Shown: positions 57,279-64,000 of the stretch, piece after piece
Layout: the number at the start of each line of letters is the position of its first letter
Position numbering within the stretch: the first letter of the stretch is position 1
Assembly: GCA_965116885.1 (NCBI GenBank)
Contig: OZ220741.1
Location: forward strand, 1,088,001 to 1,152,000
Source: Candidatus Latescibacterota bacterium
GTDB taxonomy: Bacteria; Latescibacterota; UBA2968
Direction: 5' to 3'
Length of the DNA: 64,000 nt
Notes under the pieces: model-generated
What the model saw: only the letters and a program-made list of their open reading frames with translations
The model's database searches: none
What the model was told of the DNA's origin: nothing
Position numbers and translations under genes: made by a program

Positions 57279-58595
57279 CTACCACCCTGGTCCCACATCT
57301 GCCGCAGTTAAGGGACCGCCATCCTCCGTTTCCGTCGGGAACTCAACGCAACCAATCGTCTTTTGCTCGCCCCGGGAATGCCCCAGAACATCCGTCGTAA
57401 TCTCTGGATAATGCCCCTCGGCATTACCAATCAGACCACTGGACTCTCCCGGTGCAACAACCCCATTGGGCAGATACGCCACATCGACCCGCCCAGTTTT
57501 TATCCCATTTCGAGCGGGCATACCCAAATCCCCATCCGTCACATTCCCCTCCCATGTCCAATCCACTGGCTCATCGTCCTGCACCAGCCGCACAGTCCTA
57601 TCGGATCTCACAAAAGCATTATTCGCAATTACACAATCTTTAGGCGCCGTACCATTGGGATACCTGCTGTGATTTAGCCCCACAACCATCGCCGGACTAC
57701 ATCCCACAAACGTATTAAACGCAACCAGCGCGCGCTCCACCCGCACATAGAGATCATCCGTTGTCCCATCCATCATCCCCACGCCAAACGCATTGAGCGA
57801 ATGGAACAAATTATTCACCACAACCTGATCCGTCCCCTGCAAACGCACACCGCCAGCCCGGCGTTCACCCTCGCCAAAAAAGAAATTCTCAGACACCACA
57901 TTGCCATCCCCGTGCCGAAGCACCAGCGCGCCGCGGCAATCGCGAAACGTATTCCTGCGCAGCATATTGCCATTGGACTTCACAGAAATAATCTCCGCTT
58001 CCCCATTACAACGCTCAAAAAGATTGTACTCAATCACCGTCTCACAATCGCCCGGCTCCGGATCGTACGGATTCCCCTCTGTAATAAGCTGAAGCGTCTC
58101 GTACCCATTGCTCTCCTTACCATCCGGAACATCCACAAAATAATTGTGATGGACATGGTGCCTCTCGCCCTGATTCCGCACATAAATCTGCATCAACTGG
58201 CAGCCGCGCGTCTCCTCGAGATTATTGGTCTTATTCTCAAACCGGCAGCGATCAATCTCAACCTCCCGGCTCTCTGCCCTCACCCGTATCCACTTGCCAA
58301 CCTGCACATCCGTCATCACACAGCGACTTATGCGACAACCCCGCCCTCGAATCTCCACACTCCCCTTCGCCACAAAATGCAACCCCACAAAACTGATATA
58401 ATCTCCCACCAACAACAACGGCGCCTTTATAACCGCCTTTCCCATACCCTCCGCCCGAATAACAATCGGCTGATCCGCAGTCCCCCTCGCCGCGAGCCTG
58501 CACCTCTCGCCATCATACACGCCATCGGCCAGCGCAATCACATCGCCCGGCTGTGCCTCAGCCACCCGCGCTTCAAGTTCGGAAAGAGACTTCAT
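57279..58595 (-). CDS. Polysaccharide lyase family 6 (chondroitinase B/alginate lyase-like beta-helix)
   Basis: AQPGDVIALADGVY, NGYETLQ, NLFERCNGEAEIISVKS, LVLRHG. Confidence 0.85.
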   Translation of the reverse strand: MKSLSELEARVAEAQPGDVIALADGVYDGERCRLAARGTADQPIVIRAEGMGKAVIKAPLLLVGDYISFVGLHFVAKGSVEIRGRGCRISRCVMTDVQVGKWIRVRAESREVEIDRCRFENKTNNLEETRGCQLMQIYVRNQGERHHVHHNYFVDVPDGKESNGYETLQLITEGNPYDPEPGDCETVIEYNLFERCNGEAEIISVKSNGNMLRRNTFRDCRGALVLRHGDGNVVSENFFFGEGERRAGGVRLQGTDQVVVNNLFHSLNAFGVGMMDGTTDDLYVRVERALVAFNTFVGCSPAMVVGLNHSRYPNGTAPKDCVIANNAFVRSDRTVRLVQDDEPVDWTWEGNVTDGDLGMPARNGIKTGRVDVAYLPNGVVAPGESSGLIGNAEGHYPEITTDVLGHSRGEQKTIGCVEFPTETEDGGPLTAADVGPGW

Positions 58596-58596
58596 C

Positions 58597-59565
58597 TTAT
58601 TCTCCCGGTTTCAACACACGATTAAAAAACGCCTCACGGGCAGGCTCGGTAAACGCGATATTGCGCTGAAAAGCACCGTGTCCACTCTCATCGCCCAGAA
58701 GAATATAACTGACATTTTTGGCACCGGCTTCTCGCAGCGCATTGACCAACTTATCCGAATGATAGACACCAACCGTGCGATCAGAAATTGCGTGAACGAG
58801 CAGAATAGGCGGTGCATCGGCCGAGGCATAAGTCACGGGAGAAGTCTTAGCGCGAACCGCTTCGGATTCCAGTCTAAGCTCGTTTTTGCGAGGCGGACGT
58901 GCTCGCTGCTGATTGCGTTGACGGTCACTCATAGCAGACAGGAAGTCGGTAGGCGTAGCACTCGCCACAACAGCCTGAACCATACTGGAATACGCCTGAT
59001 AAGGCCCATCGCCCTCAAGCCCGGCTGAAGGCGGGCACACACCCAGCATAACAGCCAGATGCGCCCCCGCGGAATTTCCACTCGCGCCAATCCGTTCCGG
59101 ATCAATATTGTACTCCTCGGCATGGGCGCGCAACCAGCGTACCGCATTCTTCACATCCTCAACACACGCCGTAATAGGCGCTTCATCGAGCATCCGATAG
59201 TTCACCGTCACACAAACATAGCCCTTAGCTGCATAGCTGATAGTAGGACGAAGAAAACCTCCCCGGCGTTTATCCCCACCTCTCCACCCACCCCCGTGGA
59301 TAAAAACAAGGGCTGGACGGAGAGACTCCCCGCGTTCTGTGGGCATAGCGAGATCGAGTTTCCATGCCTCGTTGCCCTCGCGATACGCAATATCGGGAAT
59401 AAAAGTCACACCTTCGGGTAATTGTTGCATAATTTGCTCCACGGTGATTGTGCGTTGCTGCCGGCGTTGGTTTTGTTGTTGCGGTTGTTGTGGTTGCTGT
59501 GGTTGCTGAGCATCAACCGACTGAAACAGCAAAACAACGAACAGAAAACAGATAAATTTGGACAT
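58597..59565 (-). CDS. Secreted alpha/beta hydrolase (HSL/BD-FAE-like esterase)
   Basis: Signal peptide, HGGGW, GNSAG, D..V and GHG catalytic positions. Confidence 0.88.
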   Translation of the reverse strand: MSKFICFLFVVLLFQSVDAQQPQQPQQPQQQNQRRQQRTITVEQIMQQLPEGVTFIPDIAYREGNEAWKLDLAMPTERGESLRPALVFIHGGGWRGGDKRRGGFLRPTISYAAKGYVCVTVNYRMLDEAPITACVEDVKNAVRWLRAHAEEYNIDPERIGASGNSAGAHLAVMLGVCPPSAGLEGDGPYQAYSSMVQAVVASATPTDFLSAMSDRQRNQQRARPPRKNELRLESEAVRAKTSPVTYASADAPPILLVHAISDRTVGVYHSDKLVNALREAGAKNVSYILLGDESGHGAFQRNIAFTEPAREAFFNRVLKPGE

Positions 59566-59587
59566 AGTGCCCTCCTTGTTTTAGTCC

Positions 59588-62479
59588 TCACTTCAATTCA
59601 GCGCGTATCTGATCGAGAACGCGCTTTACCCTTGTAAAATTCGGCTGTAGCGCGAGCGCCTTCTCCAAATAGGGAACAGCCTCTCGCAACCTCCCCGCCT
59701 GTGCCAGCGCCGTACCCAGATCGGCATGCGTATCGGGCCTATCCGGATGCAAGCGAATCGCCTCCTTGTAGTGCTGAATCGCTTCATCAAAGCGACCGAG
59801 CCTGTGAAGCGCCATAGCAATACCATTTTGCGACAACGCATTGTCCGGATGGTAGTGAATCGCATCCTCATAATAGCGAACCGCATCTTCAAGCCGTCCC
59901 GAGCGGTGAAACGCCACAGCGCGGCCATTCAGCGCGCGAGCATCTGCGGGATCGAGTTCCAAAACCCGCGCATAGTGTCTTTCTGCATCCTGCAAACGCC
60001 CCAGTTGCATCATCGCATCCGCGAACATGCGATGCGCATCCAGATACTCGGGAAGTCGGCGAATCGCCTCGGCACAAAGCGTTGCAATCCGTCTGTGTTC
60101 GTGCGCGGGAATCAAATCCGACGCCTCGCGAACAAAAACGCGCGCGGCAATCTCCCTCAAATTCTTATTTTGAACATCCGCAATACGCGCATCAACCTCA
60201 CCCGGTATCAACGCATCAATAGAATCCCGGTATTTATACAGCATCTCCGCAAACGCAAGCTCATCGCTCTCCGCATTCTGAACCGTCTCATAGTCCAGAA
60301 CCGGTCGGTCATCCCAATACGTATCCGCCTCAACCGTGGCAGAAGCCAGCCCCTCAGCCCCCATCAAATAACCACCCCAAAAAACATGCGGCTGATTGAG
60401 ATAATACGACACCCCGCCCCAATGACTGTACTGGAGATCCGCCTGCACCTCCTCATCCACACCCAACAATCTCTCCTCAGCAATATTAAACGCATCATCC
60501 GCCGAACCAATAAGCAAAAGCTCAGACGTATTATACCACAAAATACTCTGCGGAAAAACCCTCAAAAAACTGCACACAACACCGCGAAACTGGTCCTCCG
60601 TCAGAAAGTGCAGGGGCACAAACTGCACCAGAAACCCACCTGCCGTCAGGCGTTCTCGGGCGCGCGCATAGAAATCAACCGTATAAAAAAACGCCACACC
60701 CGGACGGGACACCTCGCCAAGCTCAAGCGAAATAATATCATAAGTCGCCGCAGTATGGCGCAGAAAATTGCGCCCATCTTCAGCGATAATCTCCACGCGC
60801 GGATCCCGCATCCAATCCGTCTCAAAATACGCCTCAACAAAAGGAAAAAGCATCGGCTCAATATCCACACACGTCAGATAATCGATGGGATACATCAAAA
60901 AACGACTAACCGTCTGCCCCGTACCAGCCCCCACAACAACGACCCGTTTCGGATTCGGATGCAAAAGCATCGGCACATGCGCCGCCATAATCTGATGGTT
61001 CTTCTTACTCCCGCCCTGCCACCAGCGATCAATCTCCAGTTCCAGATCATCCTCCCGCCGCACAACCGCCATATTCGCGCCATAACCCTCTCGAAACGCC
61101 ACGAGATCCCGCCCCTCACCGATAAAATCTGCAGGCACTTGCGTCTGCGAAAAATACGGAATACCCAAATAGACCAGAACAGCAACCAGCGCAGCCGCAT
61201 ATTTGAACGCGCGATATCTTCCATCCAGCAAAAACCAAGCAGAAATGCCGATAGCGAGATTCGCACCCGTAATAAAAAATAGACTCTTCTCAAGACCAAA
61301 AAAGGGAATCCCCACAAAACCAATCAGCAGAGACCCGAGAATACCCCCAAGCGTATTCACCGCAATCAGGTTCCCAGCCATCCCGGACGTATATTCCGCA
61401 TTGCGAATCACCAGCCGAATCGCAAGCGGAAAAGCCGCGCCACTCAACACAGCAGGGGGCAAAAGCACCGCAAAATAGATATACAAATCACTACCCAATC
61501 CTCGCCATGCCCCGGGCGAAAGCATCAGAAGCGCCAGCACAACAAGACCCGTCACAACCTGAAACGCGCCAAAATAATACGCCCGCCTATCCGTCCTATC
61601 GGAAAACAGGGAAGCCAAAATACTCCCCAGAACCAGCCCAACCAGCACAACGCCCAACGCCAGCGTATAAGTATAAACCGTATTATTGATCAGAAGCCCC
61701 AGATACCGCACCCACAGCACCTCGGCGCCCAGCGCCACAAATCCAACCGCAAAAAACAGAACAAATACAACCCCACTCCGCGGAAGTCCGCCACTCACAC
61801 CGCGAGACGCCACCGAATCGGGAAACACATCCTCCCGCGCAATAGACAGCGCGCGAACAACAACCCCGCTCAGAATATTGCACACAACGCCAACATAGAT
61901 CGCACCGCGCAACCCCAGATCCGGTAAAAAAACAAACCCCGCAGCCGCGCAACCCAACGCAGCCCCCAGCGTATTGACACCGTAGAGAAGACCAACAGCG
62001 CGTGCAATTCTACCGCTATTGCGCGAATACTGACGACAAAAAAGAGGAAGCGTACCGCCCATCAGAACAGTGGGCGGCAGGACGACGAGCGCAACCAGAA
62101 AAAGACGGGTAGTGAACCGCAGGAAGGGAGCATCGCTCAACATTCTATACGCGATGCCATAGAGAAAATCTGCAAAATCAAACGCAAAAGGACTGATCAG
62201 AGCCAGAAGACCCAGACCAATTTCGATATACGCAAAAAGAATAAGCGGCCGGGAAGTCCGTTGACCAATGCGTCCAAAAAGATACGCCCCAATGGCCAGA
62301 CCCAGAAAAAAAACAGCCAAAACCGCGCTCACCGCAAAAGTCGTTGACCCAAACAAAAGCGCGGCCTGCCGTATCCAGGCAACCTCGTAAACCAGCCCGG
62401 CAAAACCCGACAAAAAAAAGCATATCAGCGCGGTGATATGCTGCGGCGTTCGCGCCGATTTCCCAGTGCGCTTACTCAT
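59588..62479 (-). CDS. Fused membrane domain/spermidine-synthase-like methyltransferase fold with C-terminal TPRs
   Basis: SGFAGLVYEVAW, LYGVNTLGA, VVGAGTG, VDIEP, EDGRNFL, TDDRP-like WDDRPVL, TPRs. Confidence 0.85.
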   Translation of the reverse strand: MSKRTGKSARTPQHITALICFFLSGFAGLVYEVAWIRQAALLFGSTTFAVSAVLAVFFLGLAIGAYLFGRIGQRTSRPLILFAYIEIGLGLLALISPFAFDFADFLYGIAYRMLSDAPFLRFTTRLFLVALVVLPPTVLMGGTLPLFCRQYSRNSGRIARAVGLLYGVNTLGAALGCAAAGFVFLPDLGLRGAIYVGVVCNILSGVVVRALSIAREDVFPDSVASRGVSGGLPRSGVVFVLFFAVGFVALGAEVLWVRYLGLLINNTVYTYTLALGVVLVGLVLGSILASLFSDRTDRRAYYFGAFQVVTGLVVLALLMLSPGAWRGLGSDLYIYFAVLLPPAVLSGAAFPLAIRLVIRNAEYTSGMAGNLIAVNTLGGILGSLLIGFVGIPFFGLEKSLFFITGANLAIGISAWFLLDGRYRAFKYAAALVAVLVYLGIPYFSQTQVPADFIGEGRDLVAFREGYGANMAVVRREDDLELEIDRWWQGGSKKNHQIMAAHVPMLLHPNPKRVVVVGAGTGQTVSRFLMYPIDYLTCVDIEPMLFPFVEAYFETDWMRDPRVEIIAEDGRNFLRHTAATYDIISLELGEVSRPGVAFFYTVDFYARARERLTAGGFLVQFVPLHFLTEDQFRGVVCSFLRVFPQSILWYNTSELLLIGSADDAFNIAEERLLGVDEEVQADLQYSHWGGVSYYLNQPHVFWGGYLMGAEGLASATVEADTYWDDRPVLDYETVQNAESDELAFAEMLYKYRDSIDALIPGEVDARIADVQNKNLREIAARVFVREASDLIPAHEHRRIATLCAEAIRRLPEYLDAHRMFADAMMQLGRLQDAERHYARVLELDPADARALNGRAVAFHRSGRLEDAVRYYEDAIHYHPDNALSQNGIAMALHRLGRFDEAIQHYKEAIRLHPDRPDTHADLGTALAQAGRLREAVPYLEKALALQPNFTRVKRVLDQIRAELK

Positions 62480-62516
62480 ATACTCTCAAATTTGAGTTTA
62501 CCGCTACTCTATGCAA

Positions 62517-64000
62517 TCACCCATCCCCCAACCCCGCGGCGTGACGCCCCGCTTTGGGATCGCCTGCCGCGTAATACCTGTCCTCTTCCCGATCCACATA
62601 AACCATAACAGGCGTCGCGATATTAGATGCCTTCGCCTCAACCTGATGTCCCCGTCTGGCGAGATCGTCCTGCACATCCTGATCTATCCCATCATTCAGC
62701 GTCAGCGACCCCGCCTGTTTGAACGTCTGCTCGCGGACGGGATTGGGATCAAAAGAATCGTGGTGATGCGCCGTCGCAAAACGGGGCGCAGTAACAGCCT
62801 CCTCCGGCAGAATCCCAAACTCCACAAAATCCAGCAACAAATTCAACGTCGTCTGATCCTGCAAATCCCCACCCGCAACGCTAATACCCAGAATCGGTCG
62901 CCCATCTTTCAGAACCAGCGTAGGTGTCAACGTAATGCGCGGACGCTTCCCCGGCTGGATACAATTCGGATGCCCCGCCGTCGTATTCAGACTCCGCAAA
63001 CGATTCCCATAAGTAACCCCCGTACTCCCCCCATCAATCGTAGGCCGGTGAACATTGGCACTCGGCGTCGCCGCGACCACATTGCCCCAGCGGTCCGCCA
63101 CCACACAAGTCGTCGTCCCCCCAATGCCGGGCCGGAACACACCGCCTTCTTTAACCGGCTGCATCAGATACGGATCACCCGGACGCGCCTCTATAGAAGC
63201 CGCTTGCATATCGATAAGCGGCACCCGCAAATCCGTGTACGCATCGGAAAGCAATCCCCCCAGAGGCACACCCGAAAAATCGGGATCGGCATAATACGCA
63301 TCGCGATCCGCCATCGCCAGCTTGATCGCCTCCGTAACCACATGAACATAATCCGCCGAAAGATGGCCCATCGCTTTAACATCGAACTTCTCCAGCAAGC
63401 GCAACGCCTGACACAAATAAGGCCCCTGCGTCCACGGCCCGCACTTACAAACCGTGTACCCCCGATAAGAAACCGTAACCGGATCTTCAATCGTCGTAAT
63501 ATGCGTCGCCAGATCTTCCCGACGCAAAAACCCTCCCTTTGCGATATAAAAAGCCTCAAGCTCCTCGGCAATATCATTGCGGTATTTATTCCGCCCGTAA
63601 AAGCGATCCGCGGCAGCCTGCAACTTCTCCTCCCGGCTCCCCGACGTAAGATGCTCCTCCTCAACGAGTTTTCGCAACGTCCTCGCAAGATTGGGATGCC
63701 AATCATCCTCACCCGCATCGAGCAAGGCAAGCACAGGCGCGATAATCTCTTCAAAAGACATCGTACCGTATCGCCTGAGCGTCGTAATACACAAATCGAC
63801 CACCGAAGGCACGGGCGCCATCTTCATATCCCCATCCCCGGGAATACCATTCTTCATATACCAGTCAATCGCCTCCTGAGACCGCGGCGCCCGCCCCTGC
63901 CCGCTCAAAGCTTTCACCTCCGAAGTCGCAGCATCATAAATAAGAAGCGGAACCTCTCCCCCAATCGAACACGCACCGTGATCCGTAACATTCAGCGCAA
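62517..64000 (-). CDS. ggt: Gamma-glutamyltransferase family protein (5' end outside window)
   Basis: Frame open to the window edge (SIGGEVP); PWTQGP, ADRDAYYADP, GTTTCVVAD.WGN nucleophile, PGKRPR.TLTP. Confidence 0.88.
   Translation of the reverse strand, partial: ALNVTDHGACSIGGEVPLLIYDAATSEVKALSGQGRAPRSQEAIDWYMKNGIPGDGDMKMAPVPSVVDLCITTLRRYGTMSFEEIIAPVLALLDAGEDDWHPNLARTLRKLVEEEHLTSGSREEKLQAAADRFYGRNKYRNDIAEELEAFYIAKGGFLRREDLATHITTIEDPVTVSYRGYTVCKCGPWTQGPYLCQALRLLEKFDVKAMGHLSADYVHVVTEAIKLAMADRDAYYADPDFSGVPLGGLLSDAYTDLRVPLIDMQAASIEARPGDPYLMQPVKEGGVFRPGIGGTTTCVVADRWGNVVAATPSANVHRPTIDGGSTGVTYGNRLRSLNTTAGHPNCIQPGKRPRITLTPTLVLKDGRPILGISVAGGDLQDQTTLNLLLDFVEFGILPEEAVTAPRFATAHHHDSFDPNPVREQTFKQAGSLTLNDGIDQDVQDDLARRGHQVEAKASNIATPVMVYVDREEDRYYAAGDPKAGRHAAGLGDG

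Noticed and set aside
59455..59510. Gln/Pro tract in the esterase as a phase-variable locus
   Set aside because: In-frame, codon-varied low-complexity linker after the signal peptide

Overview
Bacterial chromosomal window of about 50 genes. The EF-hand/dockerin, cadherin, plant-type LRR and TPR proteins, several sulfatases and the extreme strand skew suggest an FCB-related (Latescibacterota-like), possibly sponge-associated organism; this is inference only. Core content: a GT9/GT2/epimerase glycosylation cluster, two tandem TMTC-like GT-C+TPR genes, serS, tRNA-Met(CAU), nfeD-floA, tRNA-Leu(CAA), sulfatases, ALDH/DHDPS-like/MocA genes, a GH106-like gene, a FolC-ATP-grasp fusion, dsbD, a propeller-PP2C sensor, degP, pepA, an enolase-BKACE-thioesterase operon, PL6, an esterase, a spermidine-synthase-like fusion and a partial GGT. 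Two accessory regions stand out. (i) 8.1-17.1 kb, between serS and tRNA-Met, holds secreted modular dockerin/cadherin proteins, a consensus sigma54 promoter and an apparently cytoplasmic beta-propeller-sigma54 activator. (ii) 51-57.2 kb has five copies of a ~30-50 bp promoter-like repeat separating co-oriented cassettes rich in toxin-less or chimeric antitoxin genes, followed by an IS3 element and a TnpB-only IS200/IS605 element with an extra hairpin cluster. An unannotated 53-aa ORF has its own sigma54 promoter and enhancer-like palindromes. Three families of short intergenic repeats are present. All calls are by eye; no database searches were run.
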